Origin: Alphaproteobacteria bacterium
GTDB taxonomy: Bacteria; Pseudomonadota; Alphaproteobacteria; UBA828
Reading direction: 5' to 3'
DNA: 64,000 nt
Assembly: GCA_965214705.1 (NCBI GenBank)
Contig: OZ243972.1
Span: forward strand, 1,856,001-1,920,000
In this document: positions 9,995 to 20,227 of the stretch, one piece after another
Numbering within the stretch: position 1 is the first letter of the stretch
How the letters are laid out: each line of letters opens with the position of its first letter
Made by a program: the position numbers and the translations under genes
The notes under the pieces: generated by a model
The model's database searches: none
Seen by the model: only the letters and a program-made list of their open reading frames with translations
Told to the model about the DNA's origin: nothing

Positions 9995-10345
9995 TCACTC
10001 CGCCGCCAGCGGGCGGCGAACCGGGCGGGCCTTCACCCGGCGCCAGTCGAGGCCCTCGAAGAGAGCCTCGAACTGGCCCTTCGTAAGGCGAATCACACCG
10101 TCCTCGATCCGGGGCCAGGCGAAGCGGCCTTGCTCCAGACGCTTGTAGGTCATCACCAGACCGGTCCCGTCCCAGGTGAGAAGCTTGAGCCTGTCCCCGC
10201 GGCGCGAGCGGAAGATCACGATCACCCCGGAATAGATATCGAGGTCCAGCTCCCTCGCCGCCGTCGCCGCAAGCGCGTCGTGGCCGCGACGAAAATCAAC
10301 CGGACGCGTCGCCAACACGATGCGAAGCGAGGGCACCGCGATCAT
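9995..10345 (-). CDS. tnpB: IS66 accessory protein TnpB
   Basis: PVDFRRGHDAL...FRSRRGDRLKLLTWDGTG...KRLE. Confidence 0.93.
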   Translation of the reverse strand: MIAVPSLRIVLATRPVDFRRGHDALAATAARELDLDIYSGVIVIFRSRRGDRLKLLTWDGTGLVMTYKRLEQGRFAWPRIEDGVIRLTKGQFEALFEGLDWRRVKARPVRRPLAAE

Positions 10346-10980
10346 GACGACGCACGACCCAGGCCCGAGGCCACAGCCACGATCCGATCGACCGCGCTCT
10401 CCACCGGAAGGCGAACGACGACGCCCAGCGCCTCAATCGCGACCGTCCGCTCGGACGCAGACCCGTCAACTACAACCGGAATATAGGGGGGCGAAGACCC
10501 GGCTCCCTGCCGATCGCCACCAGCGTCACTCGCCGCCTGGCGACGCCAGGTGCGCAGCGTCTTCTCGCTGATGCCGTGACGGCGGGCAACTGCCGATATC
10601 GATGCATCCGGGCGCTCGCTCTCCGCAACAATCCGCGCCTTCACATCAGCCGGCCAAGGCCGGCCACGCCGCTTCCCGGAAGCCGCTGACCGACTGCGCC
10701 ACTGACGAAGAGTTTGTGCGCTGATGCCGTGGCGAGCCGCGACCTCCTTCTGCACAACTCCCGGCCTGTCGCTCTCCGCGACGATCCGTGCCTTCTCCTC
10801 GGCGGACCATGACCGCCGAGTGTGATCAGCCGGAACAGTTGCCGTAGATGGGGCTGCGGCAGATGGGGCGGCCTCTTCAGGCGCTCGCGCCTCGACCGAG
10901 TGACCGCCGAACTCGTGGCCACGCAGAAAATCCAAATCCTTCATCGCGATGCCTCCTCCAAGGCTCCTTGCCAAGGCCAA
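10342..10980 (-). CDS. tnpA: IS66 TnpA with two tandem HTH modules
   Basis: 'W...KARIVAES.RP.....VA.RHGIS..TLR.WR' occurs twice. Confidence 0.85.
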   Translation of the reverse strand: MALARSLGGGIAMKDLDFLRGHEFGGHSVEARAPEEAAPSAAAPSTATVPADHTRRSWSAEEKARIVAESDRPGVVQKEVAARHGISAQTLRQWRSRSAASGKRRGRPWPADVKARIVAESERPDASISAVARRHGISEKTLRTWRRQAASDAGGDRQGAGSSPPYIPVVVDGSASERTVAIEALGVVVRLPVESAVDRIVAVASGLGRASS

Positions 10981-11266
10981 GAGTCAGCCGCGAAATCAGA
11001 TGCGTTGGAAGTATGGGGCCTCGATACCGCTTACAGTTGAGCTATGTGGAAAGTGCGCTGATGTCAGCGTCAGGCGGCATCCACCGGCAGCAGAGTTGCG
11101 CATGAGATCGACGCTCGCGCCGGCCTTTCGGCAGGCATGCGGGCGCACGCTGCGAGGACTGAGCGGGGTGTGAGCCGAGGGCTGTCAGCCCGGCCCAAGC
11201 GGAGACAGGTTCGGTCGTGCGTCGGCGCTTTGGCGCCGTTGCGCGGGGCCGAAGCGAGCGGGCGTC

Positions 11267-12508
11267 TCACGGTTTCCCCCTGTGGGTCGGCGGCACGGCC
11301 GGCGGACCGCGCGTCGAGCGGGGCTCATGGCGGCGGCGGATTTCGCGGACGAGGCGCATGACGCCGCCGCAGTGGGGGCAGGCCACGGGCGCGGTGTCGA
11401 TCACGGTCTCTTCGTCGGGCTCGGCCCGAGCGCCGCCCACGCTTTCCTCGGGGACGGCGCAGCCGAGGGCGCCGAGAGTCTGGCGTGCTCTCTCCAGCGT
11501 GCTGGCGCGGCAGCCGTTGGCGAGAATGCCGAAGTAGCGGATGCGGTGCATGCCGTCCGGCAGGACGTGCATCAGGAAGCGGCGGATGAACTCGTCTGCG
11601 CTCACGGTGGCGATGCCGTAGCGCGGCTTTCTCTGCCCCGGCGCCTTGGGCTTGCGGTGGCGGAAGGAGACCGTCTCGCCGTCGAAGGAGACGATGCGGC
11701 TGTCGGAGATGGCGATCCTGTGCGTGTAGTGCGAGAGGTACCGGAAGACCTGCTCAGGCCCGCGGAAGGGCCGCTTGGCGTAGACCACCCAGTCCCTGGC
11801 CCGGGCGGCGGCAAGCGTGGCGTGGAACTCGCCGGGATTGGCGAGGTGGGCGAGGGTGCCGTGGAACTCCAGGTCCCCCCGGCCGTGGGCGCGGGCGAGC
11901 TCCTTGAGGAAGAGGCGGCGGAACAGGCTGCCGAGGACCTTGACGGGGGCGAGGAAGGTGGTGCTCCCCGTCTTCCACTCGCCGCTGTCTACGTCGAAGC
12001 CCGCGTTGGGCACGACCACGTGCAGGTGCGGGTGGAAGCGGAGCTTCTGATCCCAGGTATGGAGGACCGCGGTGCCGCCGATGCGCATGCCGCCGTGGCG
12101 GGGATCGGCGGCGATGGTGCGCAGGGTCTCGGCGACGGCCCGGAAGAGGATGTCGAACACCACCCTGCGGTTGCAGAAGGCAATGGCGGCAACCTCCTTG
12201 GGCAGGGTGAAGACCACATGGAAGTAGGGCACCGGCAGGATGTCCCCGGCGCGCTCCTCGCTCCAGAGGTTGGCGGCGAGACCCTGGCAGGTGGGGCAGT
12301 GGCGGTTGCGGCAGGAGTTGAAGAGCGGATGCTCGCGCCCGCAGCCCTCGCAGGCGTACATGTGGCCGCCGAGCACGGCGGTGCGGCACGCCTCGATGGC
12401 GCCCATGACCTTGAGCCGGGCGGCGTCGATGCGCCCTTTGTGGCGCTCACGGAAAGCGGCGCCGGCGCGGCGGAGGATCTCCGCCACGCCCGCGCGTTCG
12501 GCCTCCAC
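11267..12508 (-). CDS. IS91-family (HUH/Y2) rolling-circle transposase
   Basis: Zn motif CEGC..SCRNRHCPTC, HVVFTLP, HPHLH, YLSHY. Confidence 0.93.
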   Translation of the reverse strand: MEAERAGVAEILRRAGAAFRERHKGRIDAARLKVMGAIEACRTAVLGGHMYACEGCGREHPLFNSCRNRHCPTCQGLAANLWSEERAGDILPVPYFHVVFTLPKEVAAIAFCNRRVVFDILFRAVAETLRTIAADPRHGGMRIGGTAVLHTWDQKLRFHPHLHVVVPNAGFDVDSGEWKTGSTTFLAPVKVLGSLFRRLFLKELARAHGRGDLEFHGTLAHLANPGEFHATLAAARARDWVVYAKRPFRGPEQVFRYLSHYTHRIAISDSRIVSFDGETVSFRHRKPKAPGQRKPRYGIATVSADEFIRRFLMHVLPDGMHRIRYFGILANGCRASTLERARQTLGALGCAVPEESVGGARAEPDEETVIDTAPVACPHCGGVMRLVREIRRRHEPRSTRGPPAVPPTHRGKP

Positions 12509-12514
12509 GCGCCG

Positions 12515-13393
12515 TCAGTTGCGCAACGCTGCGAAGCCTGAGATCGGGTGGTCGAGGCCCTCGAACATCTTGCCGGTGACGCGGGCGTAGTGACGGGTCG
12601 TGTTCGCGCTTCGATGGCCGAGCATGTCCCGGATCACCTCGATATCGCCGCCGCGCTCGAGGAGATGGGTCGCCGCCGAATGGCGCAGGCAATGGAAGGT
12701 GTAGCTGCGGTCGAGCTCGGCAATGTCGCGCGCCCTCCTGAAGGCGGCCTGCAAGGTCTCCGTTGCGATGGGCCTGTCGAGCGAGACGCCGTAGAAGAGC
12801 CAGCTCGTCGGACGCGGCCAGATGTTCCTGTAGTAGGCGCGCAAGTAGTGGATGACGCTGTCCGGCAACGGTGCCATTCTCTCGGTGCCGCCTTTGCCGG
12901 AGGGGATGTGTAGCAGCTTCTTCTCCGACAGGATGTCGCCGACCTTGATGGCCAAGGTCTCGGAGATGCGGAGCCCGCCGCCATAGCCGGTGACAATGGC
13001 AGCACGGTGGCGGAGGTCGGGCGTCGCAAGGATGAGGTGCTCGACCTCCTGCTCCGACATGTAGCGCGGCAGCTTGCCGGGCTTCTTGCGGGAGCGCAGG
13101 CCGGCGACGTGGTCAGGCCAGCCGAGTGTGTCGATGTAGAGGAAGTTCAGCGCGGCGAAGGAGACGTTGGTCGTGCCCGGACTGAGCCCCTTGTCGATCC
13201 GCCCCAGGTACCACTGGCGCACCTGCTCGGCGTCGAGCTCGTCCGGCGAGGCGTCGTAGTACCTGGCCAGGTTCTTGATCTCGCAGATGTAGGCCTTGGA
13301 CGTGCTCGCGGCCAGATTGGCGATGCGGAGCTGCTCCTCCATGCGCTGGCGAAGAGGGGTGACGGTGTTCGTGTCGCACGCGGTCCCGGTCAT
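12515..13393 (-). CDS. Tyrosine recombinase associated with IS91 transposase
   Basis: TPLRQRM, GLRISE, GKGG, HCLRH, MLGH, HY. Confidence 0.92.
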   Translation of the reverse strand: MTGTACDTNTVTPLRQRMEEQLRIANLAASTSKAYICEIKNLARYYDASPDELDAEQVRQWYLGRIDKGLSPGTTNVSFAALNFLYIDTLGWPDHVAGLRSRKKPGKLPRYMSEQEVEHLILATPDLRHRAAIVTGYGGGLRISETLAIKVGDILSEKKLLHIPSGKGGTERMAPLPDSVIHYLRAYYRNIWPRPTSWLFYGVSLDRPIATETLQAAFRRARDIAELDRSYTFHCLRHSAATHLLERGGDIEVIRDMLGHRSANTTRHYARVTGKMFEGLDHPISGFAALRN

Positions 13394-13624
13394 TATCGAT
13401 CTCCCTGGATCGCGACGGCGCGCCGCCGGACCGATCCGGCGACGGTCCGTCGCAGGGGTCGATGCTAACCACTGGTGATCGGGAGGCTGCTGGGGATCCG
13501 CCACTCGACGGGCGGAGCGCCACTGACGCAACCGGGAAGCGAACGCACAGGGCAAACGGCACCCGCGACGCCTCGGAAATGAATGAACTCTACGCCGCTA
13601 ACTCCGCGTAGCGGCTTCGTTCAA

Positions 13625-14998
13625 GCTGGTTGGGACGGCATAGTATCGAAGCCATCCGTCCACGACCCTCCCAAGCCATTTTGCAACCTCGTACCGGTCA
13701 TGGTGCATCCTTCGGCGCAGTTCGGCCTTGATGCGCTTGAGGGTTCGGTTGACCCGGCTTCGCATCGGTTTCCGGCCCAGACCGGGACGTCCGGTCCTCG
13801 TGGTCCGGCAGTAATGCGTGAACCCGAGGAAGTCGAACGTTTCGGGACGCCGCTCGCCTCGCGCCCGCCGGCGTGCGATCGCCCGCTGGCCAAACTCGAT
13901 GAGCCGCGTCTTGTCCGGGTGGAGGTCGAGCGAGAACAAAGCCAGCCTCGCCTTCAAGTCGCGCAGGAACCGTTCCGCGTCGCTCTTGTGCTCGAAACCG
14001 ACCACAAAATCATCGGCGTAACGCACGATGATCGTGTCGCCGCAGGCCGTCCGCGAACGCCATTTCTGGAACCACAGGTCGAGCACATAGTGGAGGTAGA
14101 CGTTCGCGAGAATCGGCGAAGCCACCGCCCCTTGCGGGGTGCCCACCAGCGTGTCTGACCATGCGCCCTCTTCGATGACGCCCGCGTTGAGCCACTTGGC
14201 GATCAGCCGGAGTGCCCGCCGATCCCCGATGCGATGGCCCAAGAACCGGAGCGTCCAGTTCCTGTCCAGGTTATCGAAGAACCCACGGATGTCGGCGTCA
14301 ACGATCCAGTTGACCCGGCGTCGGTCGATCCCGTACGCCAGAGCATCGAGCGCGTCGTGCGCCCCACGCCCCGGACGGAACCCATAGCTGAACCCGAGGA
14401 AGGCCGGCTCGTAAATTGGCGTCAGGATAATCTCCGTCACCGCCTTCTGGACGATCTTGTCCTCTAGCGCGGCGACGCCGAGCGGTCGTGTCCCGCCGTC
14501 TGGCTTGGGTATCTCTACCCGCCGGACCGGCGGCGCCCGATACGCTCCGGTCTGTACGCGACGGTGAAGGTCGAGCAGCCGCTCTTCCAGCCCCTCCGCG
14601 TACTGAGCCCATGTCATGCCGTCTACCCCCGCTGCGGCGTCCCGCTTCAGCGCGTGGAAGGCCCAGCGCAGCGCGTCCGGCGTGACATGATGCAAGAGCG
14701 CCGTCAGCTTCTCCCGCGGCTTCCTCGTTGCAGTTTGCCGTATCCGCTCGGCGGCCTGGGACACGCTTTCCCGGCTCTGCGTCCGGCGCGTGCTTTCGCG
14801 TCGCGGATTCCTCTCGGTTCCGGCCCTTCGCTTCATCGGCTCCGCCGGACCTCGCGGCCCCTTGTTCGCCGACTTCATCGCTACTATGGCCGAATCAGAT
14901 TGCTTCGACTCGTACATCTTCGATTCGGATATCCTCCTTTCTTCCGCGGCCCCGGTACGACCACCGGGGCAAGTCGAAGCCCTCCCGAGTCCCGGCAC
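13625..14998 (-). pseudogene. ltrA: Group II intron reverse transcriptase/maturase, main part (true start uncertain)
   Basis: IPKPDGGTRPLG, FSYGFRPGR, GTPQG, YADD, FDFLGF; interrupted after YYAVPTS. Confidence 0.93.
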
Positions 14999-15277
14999 AG
15001 GGGTGTACGTGCGTCCATGGATTCCTCAGACAACGCGGAGCCCCGCAGTGCCTCACCAGAGCGGTCCTGCAGGTGTCGCCTTCGGCCGATGAGAAAACCT
15101 CGGCACTCCGGACCATAACATTTTCGATGCTCAATCATCCCGGCCACACGCGCCGCTACCGACGCTTCGACCGCACCCTCACGGATGCCGCCGCACGGCT
15201 CGCGGTGGAAGTAGTGGTTAGCCTTTCCTTCCCGTCGGACTCTCACCGACTCCCCTGCGCCAGTTAGCTCGGCGCTC

Positions 15278-15451
15278 CCCATCTTGGATTGAACTCATTT
15301 CTGTTGCGGTAAGTGTGGAGAATATCGAATTTCCGCCGTGAGAACGAACGGTGTCAACAGTGACGAATTTACCGTCAGCGACTGCATAAGTCGAACTCGC
15401 AACCATGGCGGTTGTCAGCATTCCGAAAGCAATATTGCGGAAGGTTTTCAT
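15278..15451 (-). CDS. 5' exon of small secreted protein (96 aa when spliced)
   Basis: aaaggag RBS; signal peptide MKTFRNIAFGMLTTAMVASSTYAVA. Confidence 0.65.
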
Positions 15452-15978
15452 TGGAAGTTTCTCCTTTCGTGGTTTCAGCGGTGATGTTCTCATTAGCCCG
15501 AATTATTTGTGTCTGGTTTGATTTTGGGGTGGCGGACGTAGCGTAAGCCGTTGCTATCAGGTAGGAATTCGTTGTTCGAGCGTCTTCCTCTCCGCACAAC
15601 GAAAGTGCCACGCCCGCCATGACCAACGATAGCCTTCCCCCCTTTGATGTGCCAAGGCCAGGACCGGGGGCTGGCTTGATGGCCGGAACACCGGGAGCCG
15701 CCGCCATGCGGCCCGCGCCAAGCGAAGGCCCTGCGCCTACATCGACATTGAACGAAGCCGCTACGCGGAGTTAGCGGCGTAGAGTTCATTCATTTCCGAG
15801 GCGTCGCGGGTGCCGTTTGTTCTGTGCGTTCGCTTCCCGGTTGCGTCAGTGGCGCTCCGCCCGTCGGGTGGCGGATCCCCAGCAGCCTCCCGATCACCAG
15901 TGGTTAGCATCGACCCCTGCGACGGACCGTCGCCGGATCGGTCCGGCGGCGCGCCGTCGCGATCCAGGGAGATCGATA

Positions 15979-16857
15979 ATGACCGGGACCGCGTGCGACA
16001 CGAACACCGTCACCCCTCTTCGCCAGCGCATGGAGGAGCAGCTCCGCATCGCCAATCTGGCCGCGAGCACGTCCAAGGCCTACATCTGCGAGATCAAGAA
16101 CCTGGCCAGGTACTACGACGCCTCGCCGGACGAGCTCGACGCCGAGCAGGTGCGCCAGTGGTACCTGGGGCGGATCGACAAGGGGCTCAGTCCGGGCACG
16201 ACCAACGTCTCCTTCGCCGCGCTGAACTTCCTCTACATCGACACACTCGGCTGGCCTGACCATGTCGCCGGCCTGCGCTCCCGCAAGAAGCCCGGCAAGC
16301 TGCCGCGCTACATGTCGGAGCAGGAGGTCGAGCACCTCATCCTTGCGACACCCGACCTCCGCCACCGTGCTGCCATTGTCACCGGCTATGGCGGCGGGCT
16401 CCGCATCTCCGAGACCTTGGCCATCAAGGTCGGCGACATCCTGTCGGAGAAGAAGCTGCTGCACATCCCCTCCGGCAAAGGCGGCACCGAGAGAATGGCA
16501 CCGTTGCCGGACATCGTCATCCACTACTTGCGCGTCTACTACAGGAACATCTGGCCGCGTCCGACGAACTGGCTCTTCTACGGCGTCTCGCTCGACAGGC
16601 CCATCGCAACGGAGACCTTGCAGGCCGCCTTCAGGAGGGCGCGCGACATTGCCGAGCTCGACCGCAGCTACACCTTCCATTGCCTGCGCCATTCGGCGGC
16701 GACCCATCTCCTCGAGCGCGGCGGCGATATCGAGGTGATCCGGGACATGCTCGGCCATCGAAGCGCGAACACGACCCGTCACTACGCCCGCGTCACCGGC
16801 AAGATGTTCGAGGGCCTCGACCACCCGATCTCAGGCTTCGCAGCGTTGCGCAACTGA
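15979..16857 (+). CDS. Tyrosine recombinase (copy B)
   Basis: Near-identical to 12515-13393. Confidence 0.92.
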   Translation: MTGTACDTNTVTPLRQRMEEQLRIANLAASTSKAYICEIKNLARYYDASPDELDAEQVRQWYLGRIDKGLSPGTTNVSFAALNFLYIDTLGWPDHVAGLRSRKKPGKLPRYMSEQEVEHLILATPDLRHRAAIVTGYGGGLRISETLAIKVGDILSEKKLLHIPSGKGGTERMAPLPDIVIHYLRVYYRNIWPRPTNWLFYGVSLDRPIATETLQAAFRRARDIAELDRSYTFHCLRHSAATHLLERGGDIEVIRDMLGHRSANTTRHYARVTGKMFEGLDHPISGFAALRN

Positions 16858-17160
16858 CGGCGCGTGGAGGCCGAACGCGCGGGCGTGGCGGAGATCTTCC
16901 GCCGCGCCGGCGCCGCTTTCCGTGAGCGCCACAAAGGGCGCATCGACGCCGCCCGGCTCAAGGTCATGGGCGCCATCGAGGCGTGCCGCACCGCCGTGCT
17001 CGGCGGCCACATGTACGCCTGCGAGGGCTGCGGGCGCGAGCATCCGCTCTTCAGATACCATGAGCACGGTGGCACCGAATCGATTCTGGCGGTTAGACAA
17101 GCTCGGAGAGAAGGCCAGCACCTTCTCTCCGAGCGGAATCGTCAACAACGGAGTGGACGG

Positions 17161-18357
17161 ATGTCGGATGGTCCAGACACGACCGCGCTGACAGGCGCAA
17201 GTAGTAGCACGATTTATGTCGCGGTGGAGATCAGCCTCAAATCGTGGATCGTTGGCGTGCATTGCCCGGATGCCTCGGGTGGCAGCATCAGCATCCACAC
17301 ACTGGCTGCTGCCGACACGGCGGGACTGTTGGATCTCGTCGGGTCGGTGCGGGAACGGGTGGCGAGGGAGCTCGGCGCCCGTCCTCGGGTGATGCTGACC
17401 TACGAGGCGGGCTACGAGGGGTTCTGGCTTGCCCGCGATATCGAGCGCCGTGACGCGGAGATCGATATCTTCATGAACGATCCGGCGAGCCTGCGGGTGA
17501 ACCGGCGCGCCAAGAAGAAAAAGACCGACCGTATCGACGCGAGGAGGATGGTTCGGGCTCTGAAGGCATGGGACCAAGGCGATTCGGAGGCCATGTCCTG
17601 GGTGCGCGTGCCCGATGTGGACCAGGAGGATGCCAAGCGCCTGCTGCGCGAGAGGGACACGCTGATCAGCGAGCGTACCCGCGTCAACAACCGGATCAAA
17701 GGGCTCTTGCAGTTGCACGGCATCTTCGATCTGGCGCCGCGCAAGCCGGACTTCCTCGAACGCCTCGCGACCGCGCGGACGGGCTATGGGGCGCCGTTGC
17801 CGCCGCGTGCGCGGGCAGAGATTGAGAGGGCGGTGGGGATGCTTCGCCTGGTTGAGGAGCATATCGAGATGATCGAGGCCGAGAAGAGGGCCCTGCTGAA
17901 GGCTGGCCGGAAAGCCCAGGACGCGACCAATCGTGACGGGACGGCGATGATCGCGGCGCTTACGCGCATCCATGGCATCGGCCTCAATGACGCCACACTG
18001 CTGGCTGGCGAGGTGTTCTATCGGGACTTCCGCAATCGCCGGGAGTTGGGCAGCTGGGCCGGGTTGACGTCGGTGCCGTGGGCGAGCGGAGATGTCGACC
18101 ACGATCTTGGCATCAGCAAGGCCGGCCCCTCGCATGTCAGGAAGCACATGATCCAGATGGCTTGGCGCTGGCTGAAGCTGCAACCGGAAAGCGCGATCAC
18201 GAAGTGGTTCCACGCCTACGTCGCCAGGGATGCCGGTGGCGGGAGGGACCGGCGAGCGAGGAAGCGGGCGATCGTGGGGGTCGCGCGCAAGCTGCTGATC
18301 GCGCTGTGGCGCTATGCCACCCAAGGACTGGTGCCTGAGGGCGCCATCGTCTCCTGA
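17161..18357 (+). CDS. IS110-family (DEDD) recombinase
   Basis: IYVAVEIS, YEAGYEGFWL, KTDRIDA, IHGIG, AGLTSVPWASG, ISKAG, ARKLLIALW. Confidence 0.92.
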   Translation: MSDGPDTTALTGASSSTIYVAVEISLKSWIVGVHCPDASGGSISIHTLAAADTAGLLDLVGSVRERVARELGARPRVMLTYEAGYEGFWLARDIERRDAEIDIFMNDPASLRVNRRAKKKKTDRIDARRMVRALKAWDQGDSEAMSWVRVPDVDQEDAKRLLRERDTLISERTRVNNRIKGLLQLHGIFDLAPRKPDFLERLATARTGYGAPLPPRARAEIERAVGMLRLVEEHIEMIEAEKRALLKAGRKAQDATNRDGTAMIAALTRIHGIGLNDATLLAGEVFYRDFRNRRELGSWAGLTSVPWASGDVDHDLGISKAGPSHVRKHMIQMAWRWLKLQPESAITKWFHAYVARDAGGGRDRRARKRAIVGVARKLLIALWRYATQGLVPEGAIVS

Positions 18358-18537
18358 GGGCACCGGCCGAACGAACGGGAAAATACAGGAGGTTCCGACG
18401 TGGTCGGACGCGGCCGCGGAGGATGCCGGGCAAGGCGTGTGACCGGGCAAGAGTTGGGTCGCCGCTTGGCACCGTTCTACAGATGGGTCCCGCCTCCCGG
18501 AACGTCACCACCGCTTGGATGCGGTATTGGGGTCACG

Positions 18538-18865
18538 GAGCCGGCAAGCGCCGGAGTTCCGAACCGGATAAGAGCTGAGCAGCGTGGCGGATCGCTGCGT
18601 GGAAACGACGTTCTGCCTGGACATCGGCCGCGGATTCGAGTGGAGAGATTGCGAATGCCATTGACGTAGATGAAGCCGGGCCTTGCGGAGAGAGCTCATA
18701 AGAGCCGGCAAGCGCCGGAGTTCCGAACCGGATAAGAGCTGAGCAGCGTGGCGGATCGCTGCGTGGAAACGACGTTCTGCCTGGACATCGGCCGCGGATT
18801 CGAGTGGAGAGATTGCGAATGCCATTGACGTAGATGAAGCCGGGCCTTGCGGAGAGAGCTCATAA
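18538..18865 (+). repeat. 164-bp tandem duplication of the IS110 right end
   Basis: 18538-18701 repeated at 18702-18865. Confidence 0.92.
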
Positions 18866-20227
18866 GAACTCCTGCCGCAACCGCCACTGCCCCACCTGCC
18901 AGGGTCTCGCCGCCAACCTCTGGAGCGAGGAGCGCGCCGGGGACATCCTGCCGGTGCCCTACTTCCATGTGGTCTTCACCCTGCCCAAGGAGGTTGCCGC
19001 CATTGCCTTCTGCAACCGCAGGGTGGTGTTCGACATCCTCTTCCGGGCCGTCGCCGAGACCCTGCGCACCATCGCCGCCGATCCCCGCCACGGCGGCATG
19101 CGCATCGGCGGCACCGCGGTCCTCCATACCTGGGATCAGAAGCTCCGCTTCCACCCGCACCTGCACGTGGTCGTGCCCAACGCGGGCTTCGACGTAGACA
19201 GTGGCGAGTGGAAGACGGGGAGCACCACCTTCCTCGCCCCCGTCAAGGTCCTCGGCAGCCTGTTCCGCCGCCTCTTCCTCGAGGAGCTCGCCCGCGCCCA
19301 CGGCCGGGGGGACCTGGAGTTCCACGGCACCCTCGCCCACCTCGCCAATCCCGGCGAGTTCCACGCCACGCTTGCCGCCGCCCGGGCCAGGGACTGGGTG
19401 GTCTACGCCAAGCGGCCCTTCCGCGGGCCTGAGCAGGTCTTCCGGTACCTCTCGCACTACACGCACAGGATCGCCATCTCCGACAGCCGCATCGTCTCCT
19501 TCGACGGCGAGACGGTCTCCTTCCGCCACCGAAAGCCCAAGGCGCCGGGGCAGAGAAAGCCGCGCTACGGCATCGCCACCGTGAGCGCCGACGAGTTCAT
19601 CCGCCGCTTCCTGAGGCACGTCCTGCCGGACGGCATGCACCGCATTCGCTACTTCGGCATCCTCGCCAACGGCTGCCGCGCCAGCACGCTGGAGAGAGCA
19701 CGCCAGGCTCTCGGCGCCCTCGGCTGCGCCGCCCCCGAGGGAAGCGTGGACGGCGCTCGGGCCGAGCCCGACGAAGAGCCCGAGATCGGCACCGCGCCCG
19801 TGGCCTGCCCCCACTGCGGCGGCGTCATGCGCCTCGTCCGCGAAATCCGCCGCCGCCATGAGCCCCGCTCGACGCGCGGCCCGCCGGCGCTGCCGCCGAC
19901 CCACAGGGGGAAACCGTGAGACGCCCGCTCGCTTCGGCCCCGCGCAACGGCGCCAAAGCGCCGACGCACGACCGAACCTGTCTCCGCTTGAGCCGGGCTG
20001 ACAGCCCTCGGCTCACACCCCGCTCAGTCCTCGCAGCGTGCGCCCGCATGCCTGCCGAAAGACCGGCGCGAGCGTCGATTTTATGCGCAACTCTGCTGCC
20101 GGTGGATGCCGCCTGACGCTGACATCAGCGCACTTTCCACATAGCTCAACTTCGCCTCTCGTGGCCCGCGGCTTCGTTCAAAAGGGTTGGGCAGGCTCTC
20201 GAGAGAGAGCCTGCCCAACCCTTAACC

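Larger units (their letters stand above)
8106..11034 (-). mobile_element. Complete three-gene IS66 element
   Basis: GTAAGCG...CGCTTAC ends; 8-bp TSD agttgagc (8098-8105, 11035-11042). Confidence 0.93.
8020..13624 (-). mobile_element. Integrase + IS91-type transposase element, copy A (contains IS66)
   Basis: Same ends as copies B and C; TT at both junctions; empty site restores the RT frame. Confidence 0.9.
7764..15277 (-). mobile_element. RT-encoding group II intron (class E/F-like), disrupted by insertion 8020-13624
   Basis: 5' gagcgccgagctaact; EBS1 ctcatc pairs exon gatggg; DV/DVI at ~7764-7835 ending cctaccgcaaa. Confidence 0.88.
17053..18866 (+). mobile_element. IS110-family element with long 3' non-coding end
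   Basis: Boundaries defined by comparison with the uninterrupted copy (cttc|aactcc); ambiguous by 1 nt. Confidence 0.88.
16864..19919 (+). pseudogene. IS91-family transposase split by IS110 (16864-17052 + 18867-19919)
   Basis: EHPLF|NSCRNRHC junction compared with intact copy C. Confidence 0.9.

Noticed and set aside
9995-10345. RNA-guided TnpB nuclease
   Set aside because: This is the unrelated 116-aa IS66 accessory TnpB with no RuvC motifs
13625-14998. Retron, DGR or defence RT
   Set aside because: Flanked by complete group II intron domains with a maturase C-terminus
16864-18357. Apparent IS91-IS110 fusion protein (497 aa)
   Set aside because: Chance in-frame read-through created by the IS110 insertion; intact copy C shows the original gene
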